The notes: generated by a model from the letters alone, not told the origin. DNA of 64,000 nucleotides from Candidatus Woesearchaeota archaeon (GCA_018303445.1 JAGVYE010000003.1:2366-66365); one strand, 5' to 3'. Numbered from the stretch's first letter, positions 17,790 to 26,795 are shown. Numbers and translations: made by a program.

Positions 17790-18212
17790 ATGGTTGAATT
17801 TAAAGTTGTCATAGGAACAAAATCAGGAAAAACTTACCAGAAAGAAATTAAGAGTCCAGAAGCGGATAATTTGTTGAAGAAGCGTATTGGCGAAACTATT
17901 TCTGGAGATCTGTTGGGCTTTTCCGGGTATGAATTTGAAATGACAGGTGGTTCCGATAAAGCAGGATTTCCCATGCGAAAGGGAATTCAACAGCCTCGGA
18001 AAAAAGTTCTTATTGGGAAAAGCGTTGGCTTTATTGGAAAAAAACGTCGTTTACGGAAAAAGCCAAAACGGAAAAAGCAGCAAGGTTTATTGCGAAGAAG
18101 AACGGTCTGCGGTGAAATGATTACAAAGATTATTCATCAAGTGAATCTGAAAGTGCTGAAAGAAGGTGCGCAACCGTTAGCTGAAGCACCAGTACAAGAA
18201 AATAAAGCTTAA
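17790..18212 (+). CDS. rps6e: 30S ribosomal protein S6e (eS6)
   Basis: MVEFKVVIGTKSGKTYQKEI...GDLLGFSGYEFEMTGGSDKAGFPMRKG is the typical eS6 N-terminal signature. Basic C-terminus. Confidence 0.85.
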   Translation: MVEFKVVIGTKSGKTYQKEIKSPEADNLLKKRIGETISGDLLGFSGYEFEMTGGSDKAGFPMRKGIQQPRKKVLIGKSVGFIGKKRRLRKKPKRKKQQGLLRRRTVCGEMITKIIHQVNLKVLKEGAQPLAEAPVQENKA

Positions 18213-18275
18213 ATTTTCTCTGAAGGATTCTTTTTTTAATCTTTTTTTTTGAGTTGAGATTACTCTTCCTGCATT

Positions 18276-18383
18276 AGCGTACGTATTAAGTTTGCTCTTT
18301 TGTGGACAGTGCCGACTCGCCAAAAGCCGTGTTCGGCTTGCGGTATGCAGCTCACGGTCCGCCCACAGACTTAAATACGTACT
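18276..18383. repeat. Intergenic element flanked by a ~14-bp inverted repeat (agcgtacgtattaagt / acttaaatacgtact) enclosing ~77 nt of GC-rich sequence with internal hairpins. Candidate structured sRNA
   Basis: Direct reading of the sequence. gccgtgttcggc hairpin inside. No ORF. Confidence 0.35.
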
Positions 18384-18431
18384 GGCAAAAGTAATATAAA
18401 GAATACCTCTCTTCCTTCTGGAAGAAAAGAG

Positions 18432-20009
18432 ATGAGAAATGTCAATAAAGAAAAAGTATTGGTAGCTCTAGCTATTATTATTCTTATCGCAGCTTTTCTA
18501 CTAACTTACATCCCTAAAGGGCCGTTGTTTGGCAAGGCCGTAAGTACAGGAATGACGCATGCCATCTCCATCCAAAATTTTGCTTTCTCACAACTGGAAG
18601 TTACTATTAATGTTGGGGACACAGTCACGTGGACAAATAATGACCAAGCTACACATATGGTAGTTTCGAGAGGAAGCGGACCTTTAGATTCTGGTACGAT
18701 GGTAAACGGGCAAAGTTATAGTTATACTTTTGTTGCTTCTGGCACCTATGAATTCTTTTGTTCCCTTCATCCATTTATTATGATCCCTGGAAGGGTTATA
18801 GTTATTAATGCCACCCCTGCCATTCCGCCGACTCCGCCTTCGCCTCCGCTAGACTCGCTGCCTCCCCAACCTTCGCCACCCCCTCCTCCGCCAGCGGCAA
18901 CGCCGCCTGTGATAGAGATGCCTTCATTAAACATAACTCTTGTCACTCCTTCTCACTCAGGTGCAGTTCAGAATGGAACAGTGAATTTCACGTACCTTTT
19001 TCAGGGAATAACTCCCAGCCAATGTATGTTATATGGAAATTTTAGCGGCACGTGGCAGCCAGGTCTTGCTCAAACAGTAGCTGTTAATGGGAGTTATACA
19101 TTTACTTCTAATCTTTTGAATGGAAGTTACCTTTGGAATGTTCTCTGCAGCAGCAGTTCAACGCAAGGGCTGGTAAGTAAATGGGGAAGCAGGAATTACA
19201 CTTTAACTGTGGCTGTACCAGCAAGTTCTCTTTCCGTCCCTAATATTTCTCAACAAAATCAAATCATGGTTGCTCTTCTTACTCCTGCTGATCGTGCCGC
19301 GTTGCAAAATGAAAGCGTTTCTTTCTCTTTTTCTTTTACAGGACCAACTCAAGGAAGTTGTCAGCTTTATGGCGATTTTAATGGCAGTTGGAGTATGAAT
19401 ACCAGCCTGGCTTCTCTTAATAATGGAACCTCTCGTCTCACTTTTAATGTTGGTAATGGACGTTATCTCTGGAACGTACATTGTGTTGATAGTGCTAATC
19501 TTTCTAATGAAGATTGGAGTGATTATAACTGGAGTGTTAGTGTTTCCCAATTGTCTGTGAATGTCTCGAGTCAAACAAATGCCACAAATATAACTTCTTG
19601 TTTAGAAGCCTGGAGTTGTACAGGGTGGTCTTTATGTGAATTTGGCAGGCAAACACGAATATGCACTGACCAAAATAATTGTGGAACCTTTTTACAAAGA
19701 CCGCCTCAGACCCAAGTTTGTGTTCAGCAGCAGGCAGCAGCAACAACAACTTCTCCAGCAAGTGGAAGTAATTTTCCTTCTACGAACACTGCAGCACAAC
19801 CAACACGGGCTCCTCCTTCCTTTCCTGCTCCTTCTCTTTCAGATACTGAAAAGAAACCTTTGGTGCAGCAGCCAAAAGAAACAACACAGAAAAAAAGTAC
19901 TCTTCTCTTCCTTATCCTTGGCACAACTGTTGCTTTGGTGGGTTTCATCCTCTACCGTAGGCACGTTGAAGTCATATGTGGCAAAAGACAGGATGAGAGG
20001 AGTCAATGA
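18432..20009 (+). CDS. Membrane-anchored surface protein with N-terminal type-1 copper cupredoxin domain, Pro-rich linker, 2x Ig-like N-glycosylated repeats, W-C-W module, C-terminal TM. Apparent +1 frameshift before the conserved cytoplasmic tail, which continues in frame +1 to 20082
   Basis: Cupredoxin ligands: H in ATHMVV, then C..H..M in FFCSLHPFIM. PPTPPSPPLDSLPPQPSPPPPPP linker. Repeated NGSYLWNVLC / NGRYLWNVHC. CLEAWSCTGWSLC module. TM LLFLILGTTVALVGFILY. Tail homolog (VNDTAIRQNLAQAGWNKNDIDEAMKK) is encoded in the other frame (ORF 19636..20082). Confidence 0.7.
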   Translation: MRNVNKEKVLVALAIIILIAAFLLTYIPKGPLFGKAVSTGMTHAISIQNFAFSQLEVTINVGDTVTWTNNDQATHMVVSRGSGPLDSGTMVNGQSYSYTFVASGTYEFFCSLHPFIMIPGRVIVINATPAIPPTPPSPPLDSLPPQPSPPPPPPAATPPVIEMPSLNITLVTPSHSGAVQNGTVNFTYLFQGITPSQCMLYGNFSGTWQPGLAQTVAVNGSYTFTSNLLNGSYLWNVLCSSSSTQGLVSKWGSRNYTLTVAVPASSLSVPNISQQNQIMVALLTPADRAALQNESVSFSFSFTGPTQGSCQLYGDFNGSWSMNTSLASLNNGTSRLTFNVGNGRYLWNVHCVDSANLSNEDWSDYNWSVSVSQLSVNVSSQTNATNITSCLEAWSCTGWSLCEFGRQTRICTDQNNCGTFLQRPPQTQVCVQQQAAATTTSPASGSNFPSTNTAAQPTRAPPSFPAPSLSDTEKKPLVQQPKETTQKKSTLLFLILGTTVALVGFILYRRHVEVICGKRQDERSQ

Positions 20010-20145
20010 TACTGCCATTCGCCAAAATTTGGCACAGGCAGGATGGAATAAGAATGATATTGATGAAGCGATGAAAAAATAGATTTAAGTTTTCTTGTTG
20101 TAGGTGACGTTACTTTATCAGTATCAAAAAAAGCTCTATAGAAAA

Positions 20146-20262
20146 AGTCGCTGCCTAGGCCAATAAGTAACCTGAGAACTGCCATTCGTAAGACCAGTTG
20201 GTAGGCGCCGCCACTCAAAATAAGATCTTAAAGCGGCACGAAGGTTACGGCCAAGGCGACTT
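20146..20262. repeat. Intergenic inverted-repeat-flanked element (aaaaagtcgc..ggcc / ggcc..gcgacttttt), ~115 bp
   Basis: IR arms at 20146-20165 and 20243-20262. Confidence 0.35.
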
Positions 20263-20546
20263 TTTCGAGATTTTCTACAGGGACCCAAAATAAGTAACCT
20301 TTTTATACCTTCGTTATATCCTTGAGAGCATGAGTTTAATGGAGCAGCTTACTGAATTTCCTGGAAAGATTAATTCTTTCTTTACATTTATTGGAAATCA
20401 TCTGACACATTTCGGTACCCTAAGTAGGGGAGAACAAGTAGCATACCCTTCCATCGGGTTAGGTCTTATCTTAATCATTGTAGGTGTTGTATTATTAATA
20501 TTATAATAGTATTTTCCGCTTATCTTAACAAAAAACGGTGTAAGAA

Positions 20547-20936
20547 ATGAAAGCTATCAAAATATTTGCTTTTTCCCTGGGTTTGATCTTTCTTTTCCTT
20601 GCCGGATGCCATGAAAATTTCGTGTCTTTAATTGGATATGCTGTTGCTCCTCTTCCTCCACAAAAAGGTACGTTTCCTCAAGTTTTTGTTTCTTGCCCAA
20701 GCTCATTTACAAATCAAGGCTGTATTTGGGGAAATGAAGCTATAATTAATTTTCGTCCCTTATTCCAAGTATGGTCCGTACCGGAAAATGAACTTGTTGG
20801 AGCTAGGATGATCTTTGGCAAACCAGAATGCATCTATCAAAAGAAAGGAGGAACGAATGTTTATCGTTTGCAAGGAAAGGTTATACAAGGCGGTAATTGT
20901 GTAGCCCAAGAGAGGGGATTTTGGTGTGAACGATAG
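20547..20936 (+). CDS. Small secreted or lipobox-type Cys-containing hypothetical protein
   Basis: Signal peptide ending in FLAGC (lipobox-like). 129 aa, with several Cys. Confidence 0.45.
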   Translation: MKAIKIFAFSLGLIFLFLAGCHENFVSLIGYAVAPLPPQKGTFPQVFVSCPSSFTNQGCIWGNEAIINFRPLFQVWSVPENELVGARMIFGKPECIYQKKGGTNVYRLQGKVIQGGNCVAQERGFWCER

Positions 20937-20983
20937 TACTTACTTTAATACTTTCTTTTCTCCAGAATACAGTCCCATTTTGG

Positions 20984-21661
20984 TCATTTGTTCATATCAG
21001 CGGCTACGTTGGAAGAAATGGTTTTATGTAATTTGATAGCTGAATTATCTGGATCTTTAAACACGGACCTTAAAACAGGATCTGAACGTATGGACTCTGT
21101 GATTTCATTTGTTAATTTAAGACTGGTATTTTTGAATAGGTCTCCATAGATGTTAAATCTGAGTAATTGGCCGCATCTTTTACACTCTATCTCCTGTAGT
21201 TTATAATCGGAGGAGCAACCATGACACTCAAGAATACTTTTATTTCGTATATTGGCTAATAAACTTCTTGTTTGTTCTAGTGGTTCAATTTTTACTTCCA
21301 ATTTGGCCCCTTTTATGGAAAGTAGCCCAATTCCTTGGTGTTTAAGAAATTCAAAGTGTTCTTCAGACAGCTCGTTTTCCTCATCATAGTCTCGTTCTAC
21401 TGCAAGGTACAAGTATAGATGGTCGCTCCAGCATAGTTTTCTCATAAGTTGTTTATACAATAAAATCTGTCCAAATCCCGCCCTTATTTCATTTAGATTC
21501 TTTTTAATTTCTACAAGGTGCAACTCTGTCTCTATTAAATGTCCAAATTTTGAATCTTCGTTTCTTGGTCCAATTCTAAATTTTCCACCAATAATATCGG
21601 CGCGGAACTTACCAAGAGATACTTGTGATGAGACGTCACTACATTTTTTGGTAGTGCACAT
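20984..21661 (-). CDS. Putative PD-(D/E)xK-family nuclease (NucS/RecB-nuclease-like core) with Zn-ribbon-like Cys pairs
   Basis: D..(21 aa)..ELHLVEIKKN...GFGQILLYKQ resembles the D-(E)xK + Q-x-x-x-Y restriction-endonuclease-fold signature. CxxxxC at the N-terminus and CHGC...CKRC later. Confidence 0.4.
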   Translation of the reverse strand: MCTTKKCSDVSSQVSLGKFRADIIGGKFRIGPRNEDSKFGHLIETELHLVEIKKNLNEIRAGFGQILLYKQLMRKLCWSDHLYLYLAVERDYDEENELSEEHFEFLKHQGIGLLSIKGAKLEVKIEPLEQTRSLLANIRNKSILECHGCSSDYKLQEIECKRCGQLLRFNIYGDLFKNTSLKLTNEITESIRSDPVLRSVFKDPDNSAIKLHKTISSNVAADMNK

Positions 21662-21719
21662 ATTTGACTGATGGATTATTGCTTTTTATGCAAGAATTAG
21701 TTTAGCGTATCAGTCATTT

Positions 21720-21920
21720 CTACACACTACTCATTTTTTTTTCCATTAATAAGAATGATTCTACTAATTTATATGCTTTTGAGGTAGATTTGTTTTGTAG
21801 GAAAAAATTAAGTAATTCTCCATATGATTTGAACGATGGATTTTCTTCTAAAAGTTCTTTTAGTAGATTTTTAGTCTTAGAATTTATCCTTATCAAAACA
21901 GATTTACTTCCGTCCTCCAT
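21720..21920 (-). CDS. Ribbon-helix-helix (CopG/Arc-like) small DNA-binding protein
   Basis: 66 aa. N-terminal beta-strand SVLIRINSKT followed by two helices (NLLKELLEENP, SYGELLNFFL). Located immediately upstream and co-oriented with the nuclease-like gene. Confidence 0.5.
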   Translation of the reverse strand: MEDGSKSVLIRINSKTKNLLKELLEENPSFKSYGELLNFFLQNKSTSKAYKLVESFLLMEKKMSSV

Positions 21921-22039
21921 GGCGTATACTTTATGTAAACATTTAAATTATTTTCGCTACTGCTGTCTACTTGTTGTAAACAAAAGTAAAACGTTAACTA
22001 TAAATATTCTAGATCTTTCCTTCCTATACTGAAGAAAAA

Positions 22040-22720
22040 ATGGGTGATATTATAGAGTTAATCAAATCACGAAGAACAATTAAACATTTTCTCCCTAAAT
22101 TTGTCTCTTGGGAGAATATTTCTAAAATAATTGATGCGGCACGGCATGCGCCTAGTTGTGGGAATTTACAGAATTGGAAATTCCTCGTTGTGCTTGATTC
22201 CAATCTTAAACAGGCCGTGGCAGAGGCGGCTCATGAGCAATATGAAATTGCGATTGCCGGAGCACTTATTATTGTTTTGGGAGAGCCAGAAAAAGCAGAG
22301 AGGTATTATAGTTTACGAGGAGAAAGGCTCTATACTGTGCAAAATTGCGCTGCTGCGATGGAAAATATGCTGCTGGAAGCTCATTCTTTAGGCTTAGGAA
22401 CCTGTTGGATAGGGGCTTTTGATGAAGAAGCAATTCGCATGATGTTTAAAATTCCAGAAAATATACGGCCTCAAGCTATCGTCGCCGTCGGATATCCCAA
22501 AGAAATTCCACCTAAGCCACCAAAATATCCTCTCGAGGCCGTAATTTATTTCCATAAATGGCGTAATAAAGTGCGGGATCCGGCAAAGTACATGAATGAT
22601 ATTGCAGTCATTTTAGCACGGCGTACGGAAAAAATCAAAGAAGCGGTGCAGAAGGGAACTCAATTTATCGTTGATAAAGCAAAGGAAACGATAAAAGAAA
22701 GGGAAGAAAGAGAGAACTAA
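22040..22720 (+). CDS. Nitroreductase-family flavin oxidoreductase
   Basis: N-terminal RRTIKHF, conserved P-S-x-G-N-x-Q and the C-W-I-G..D pattern typical of the nitroreductase/NADH-oxidase family. Confidence 0.7.
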   Translation: MGDIIELIKSRRTIKHFLPKFVSWENISKIIDAARHAPSCGNLQNWKFLVVLDSNLKQAVAEAAHEQYEIAIAGALIIVLGEPEKAERYYSLRGERLYTVQNCAAAMENMLLEAHSLGLGTCWIGAFDEEAIRMMFKIPENIRPQAIVAVGYPKEIPPKPPKYPLEAVIYFHKWRNKVRDPAKYMNDIAVILARRTEKIKEAVQKGTQFIVDKAKETIKEREEREN

Positions 22721-23049
22721 TGCTTTTTTTCCCATTATTTTCAATATTTATCTTTTTAAGAATAGAAATACTTAAATACTAAGACTATATTCTTTACAGA
22801 AGTTTTGGTGGTTTGGGTAATAAACGGCTGGTAACCGTTTGTGTCCACAATTAAGTTTGAACTGATAGATGCTAAATTTTGGTTTCTCGGTTTTGGTTAG
22901 TTAATATTACTTGATCGAAGTTGGTTAAGCTTCTGGAGAAAGGAAAGGTCATACTCCTATATATTATTTTGCGTTATGCAAAATATATATCCGGGGAGCT
23001 AAAGCTCCTTGTGGGGGTTAAATATTAAGTTAAAGAGAGGTGGGTATAT

Positions 23050-24117
23050 ATGGAATTTATCGTCGAAAAAGCGCTGGACAATGTTTCAGCATACGATGGA
23101 CTTGACATGAGTCAAGCAAATATTAAAGTAATAGGTGTGGGTGGAGCCGGAAATAATATGGTTGGTTGGCTCTATAAAAAAGGAATAAAAGGAGCGGAGA
23201 TCATTGCAACAAACACTGATCACCAGCATCTTAACATTACTGGTGCGGATCGTAAGTTTCTTATCGGGAAAGACTGCACACGTGGTTTAGGTTGCGGCGG
23301 ATTTCCAAATAAAGGAGCCGAAGCAGCACAAGAATCTCTTATGCAGATTAAGGAAGCGTTGAAAAGCTCTGACATGGTGTTTGTTTGCGCTGGGATGGGC
23401 GGTGGTACGGGAACTGGAGCAGCTCCTGTTGTCGCTCAAGTAGCAAAAGATACAGGGGCCATTGTTATTGGAACAGTGACGATGCCTTTTAACATCGAAA
23501 GAGCACGCTGTGACAAAGCTGAATTTGGTTTGCAGCAACTCCGACAAGTCTCAGATACAGTTATTGTCATTGATAATAACCGTTTGGTGCAAATTGCCGG
23601 AAACTTGCCAATACAGCAAGCCTTTGCTGTTGCTAATGAACTTATTGCCACAATGATTAAAGGAATTGTGGAAACCATTGCCGTGCCTTCCTTAGTCAAT
23701 CTTGACTACGCTGACGTTAAAGCGATTATGACTAATGGCGGTGTAGCAGCTATCGGCGTAGGAAGTTCAGACACTAATAACCGGGTGGAAGAAGCGGTGA
23801 AAGGGGCTCTCTCTAATCCTCTCCTTGATATTAATTATGAAGGAGCTACCGGAGCTTTGATTCACATTACGGGAGGACCGGACATGACTTTGGATGAAGT
23901 TTCCCGAATTGGCGAATTAGTAACAGAATCGCTGGATGATGATGCTAATGTAATTTGGGGAGCAAGAGTAAGCGATGACATGAAAGGGAAATTAACCGTG
24001 ATGACGATTATTACAGGAGTCAATTCCCCTTGGATCTTAGGGAAAGTAGATCAGAAACGGGCTTCAGAGAGTCGAGCGCATACCTTAAGCAGGGAATTAG
24101 GGATTGAACTCGTATAA
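23050..24117 (+). CDS. ftsZ: Cell division GTPase FtsZ (paralog 1)
   Basis: GVGGAGNN and tubulin signature GMGGGTGTGAAP. NTD and T7-loop present. Confidence 0.9.
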   Translation: MEFIVEKALDNVSAYDGLDMSQANIKVIGVGGAGNNMVGWLYKKGIKGAEIIATNTDHQHLNITGADRKFLIGKDCTRGLGCGGFPNKGAEAAQESLMQIKEALKSSDMVFVCAGMGGGTGTGAAPVVAQVAKDTGAIVIGTVTMPFNIERARCDKAEFGLQQLRQVSDTVIVIDNNRLVQIAGNLPIQQAFAVANELIATMIKGIVETIAVPSLVNLDYADVKAIMTNGGVAAIGVGSSDTNNRVEEAVKGALSNPLLDINYEGATGALIHITGGPDMTLDEVSRIGELVTESLDDDANVIWGARVSDDMKGKLTVMTIITGVNSPWILGKVDQKRASESRAHTLSRELGIELV

Positions 24118-24157
24118 GAGAGTGGCGCTCCCACCTCTTAATCGTACTATTCAGAAA

Positions 24158-24227
24158 TCCTGCCCTTTCCCTTCTTCTTGCACCACCCCCGTGCAGCTGG
24201 AAGGACAGGATTTTTTTTCTTTTTTTT
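24158..24227 (+). terminator. Stem-loop followed by a long oligo-T tract downstream of ftsZ1
   Basis: tcctgccctt...aaggacagga stem with an internal gcac/gtgc sub-stem, then ttttttttcttttttttg. Confidence 0.5.
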
Positions 24228-24311
24228 GAAAAATGTTTAGGGTCAAGGTTTATTTTTGTGTATTTTTCAGTAAAGATATATTTATAATGAAATTCTTTAA
24301 TTTTATATAAA

Positions 24312-24626
24312 ATGATTTGGTCTGAGAAGATTTACGTCGGTATTATGGGCGTTGTTCTGGCAGGACTTGCTGCCCTCACCTTAAAGGCAGGGTATGATGT
24401 AGAAAAAGCTGAGCGAGAATACGAAAAAACTCGCTGTTCTGCAATTATTCGAAAATACCGGCCTTCTTCCCAAGAGACAAATTTGGCAGACTTTTGTAAT
24501 GACCCTTGTTATGCTCGTGAAGTTGTATCTTTAGTTGACAGGGCGAGAGAGAAGTTCAAAAATGCAGATGATCTTTCCAGTGCTGCACAAGAGCGCTGTA
24601 ATGTGTTTGTACCTCTGCCGATGTGA
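24312..24626 (+). CDS. Small membrane-anchored hypothetical protein
   Basis: N-terminal TM (VGIMGVVLAGLAALTL). No recognisable domain. Confidence 0.4.
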   Translation: MIWSEKIYVGIMGVVLAGLAALTLKAGYDVEKAEREYEKTRCSAIIRKYRPSSQETNLADFCNDPCYAREVVSLVDRAREKFKNADDLSSAAQERCNVFVPLPM

Positions 24627-24734
24627 TTTGAATTTGTTGGCAATACAAGTAAAGTCTTGATAGAAAGAGTGGGGTCTTTTTTCTTGGTGAGAGCATACAA
24701 ATCTTTATAAAATACTCCTTTCTTCTAATCACCT

Positions 24735-26183
24735 ATGCTATCTCAGGATACAAAAGGACTTACGGCGAGGAAGTCGGATGATTTCTCAGAATGGTACACG
24801 CAGCTTATTCAAAAAGCGGAGCTTATCGAATATAGCCCAGTCTCTGGCTGTTACATTCTAAGGCCGAGCGCGTATCACATCTGGGAAAAAGTGCAGGAAT
24901 ATTTTGATGCTTTGATAAAAAAAGACGGTGTTAAAAATGTTTATTTTCCGTTGTTTATTCCTGAATCCTTGCTGACGAAGGAAAAAGAACATGTGGAAGG
25001 ATTTGCTCCTGAAGTAGCCTGGGTGGAAACCGGGGGCAGCAGTAAATTACAAGAAAGGTTAGCGGTGCGGCCAACTTCAGAAACAATTATGTATGATGCT
25101 TTTGCAAAATGGATTCGTTCTCATAAGGATCTGCCTTTACGCTTAAATCAGTGGTGCAACATTGTCCGTTGGGAGTTTAAACATTGCATGCCTTTCTTAC
25201 GCAGCCGGGAATTTCTCTGGCAGGAAGGACATACAGCCTTTGCGGCAAAAAAAGAAGCCGTTGCTGAGGCAGAGAAAATGTTGGATTTTTATGAACAAGT
25301 TTTTAGAGATTTGTATGCTATACCGGTGTTGAAAGGAAGAAAATCGGAAAGTGAGAAATTCGCCGGAGCTGAATTTACTCTTTCTGTGGAAATTCTTCTG
25401 CCTCAAGGAAAGGCTATTCAGGGCGCTACTTCTCATCATCTCGGCCAGCATTTTTCCCATGCTTTTGAAATCACGTTCTTAGATCAAAATCAAAAAAAAC
25501 AATATGCTTGGCAGAATTCATGGGGAATATCTACTCGTTCTATTGGCATTATGATTATGGCGCATTCCGATGATAAAGGGTTAGTGCTTCCTCCCAGAGT
25601 TGCGCAAATTCAAGTCGTGATTGTGCCGATTTTGTTTGATAAGTCTAAAGAAAGAGTGCTGGAAGTTGTAAAACAAGTTGAGAAAAGTTTACATGCCAAA
25701 CATCTTCGTGTTCATGTTGATGACCGGGAAGATTATTCTCCAGGCTGGAAGTTTAATGAATGGGAATTGAAAGGAGTTCCCATTCGTCTGGAGATTGGTC
25801 CTAAAGACATAGAGAAAAATCAAGTGACGGTTGTGCAGCGTGATCTTGGCCAGAAGGAATTTGTTCCTGTTGATGATGTAGGGTCGGAAATCGTGTTGTT
25901 GCTGGATCAAATGCAGGCCCGCCTTTTTGAAAAAGCTACTAAAGTGTTAGAAGAATCAGTCATTGAAGTTTCCACGCTGAAGGAAGCAGTGAAAGAGTTA
26001 GAGAAAGGGAAGATTATTTTTGCTCCGTGGTGTGAGTCTTTGGAATCAGAAGAGTTGCTTAAAGAAAAAACAGGAGCAAAATCATTAAACGCCCCCTTAA
26101 AGCAGCCTGCGGTGAAGGGAAAGAAATGTTTCATTACCGGAAAACCAGCTACGCAGTGGTATTATTTTGCAAAAAGTTATTGA
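24735..26183 (+). CDS. proS: Prolyl-tRNA synthetase, archaeal/eukaryotic type (class II)
   Basis: Class II motifs. LRPSAYHIWEKVQ, FRDLY..., the archaeal-type C-terminal domain and anticodon-binding region. Confidence 0.85.
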   Translation: MLSQDTKGLTARKSDDFSEWYTQLIQKAELIEYSPVSGCYILRPSAYHIWEKVQEYFDALIKKDGVKNVYFPLFIPESLLTKEKEHVEGFAPEVAWVETGGSSKLQERLAVRPTSETIMYDAFAKWIRSHKDLPLRLNQWCNIVRWEFKHCMPFLRSREFLWQEGHTAFAAKKEAVAEAEKMLDFYEQVFRDLYAIPVLKGRKSESEKFAGAEFTLSVEILLPQGKAIQGATSHHLGQHFSHAFEITFLDQNQKKQYAWQNSWGISTRSIGIMIMAHSDDKGLVLPPRVAQIQVVIVPILFDKSKERVLEVVKQVEKSLHAKHLRVHVDDREDYSPGWKFNEWELKGVPIRLEIGPKDIEKNQVTVVQRDLGQKEFVPVDDVGSEIVLLLDQMQARLFEKATKVLEESVIEVSTLKEAVKELEKGKIIFAPWCESLESEELLKEKTGAKSLNAPLKQPAVKGKKCFITGKPATQWYYFAKSY

Positions 26184-26210
26184 TACTATTCCTCGCTGTC
26201 CTATTCAAAT

Positions 26211-26615
26211 ATGACTATTCCAAAAGTTATCAGTTTAGAGCATCTGAAAAAAGTTAGAGGCGTTAGTTTTGAAGATGTCGTGTCCATTCTTTCTCAAGGA
26301 AACATAGAATCTGCTATTTGTCAAGAACCGCAGGTAACAGATAAACAATATACTAATGTTCTGTACTTTCGTGATTCCAGAATCGTGATATTTCAAGGCG
26401 ACGCTTATAAAGTATGCTCTTTGCTTCCACGATTTGAAACTATTCGGGGAAACCGTTTTTCGTTCAAAACTTGGTATGAACTGGGGCCGGAATTTGATAT
26501 ACGACAATTAGATGGGCCAATAGTTTTTAGAGAGGGATTTCTCGTGGAAAGAGTTACAGTTCACGAAGAATCGACAAGAGAAAGTGTTCTCCGCTATAAT
26601 TTCAAATATCAATGA
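26211..26615 (+). CDS. Hypothetical protein
   Basis: 134-aa ORF with coding-like composition. No motif recognised. Confidence 0.35.
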   Translation: MTIPKVISLEHLKKVRGVSFEDVVSILSQGNIESAICQEPQVTDKQYTNVLYFRDSRIVIFQGDAYKVCSLLPRFETIRGNRFSFKTWYELGPEFDIRQLDGPIVFREGFLVERVTVHEESTRESVLRYNFKYQ

Positions 26616-26795
26616 CTCTGAGACATTGTTTGTAAGTAATATGTCTTCTTTTGTCTTTAGCATCGGTTCGGCTTATTATTCTGCAAAGCAAGTGAATTTT
26701 TCTCTCTGGAACCCCGAAAAATCCTTGCAGTGGAATCAGAAAAGCCTCACTTATTGATGCTAAAGACCCAGACATATTACTTACCATTATTTCTT

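Noticed and set aside
18290-18370. Possible tRNA inside the IR-flanked island at 18276-18383
   Set aside because: I could not derive a cloverleaf (no 7-bp acceptor pairing and no T-loop GTTC(A/G)A(A/T)TC box) on either strand.
24141-24310. Possible small RNA between ftsZ1 and the next gene
   Set aside because: The structure is adequately explained as a stem-loop followed by an oligo-T terminator. There is no additional conserved motif.
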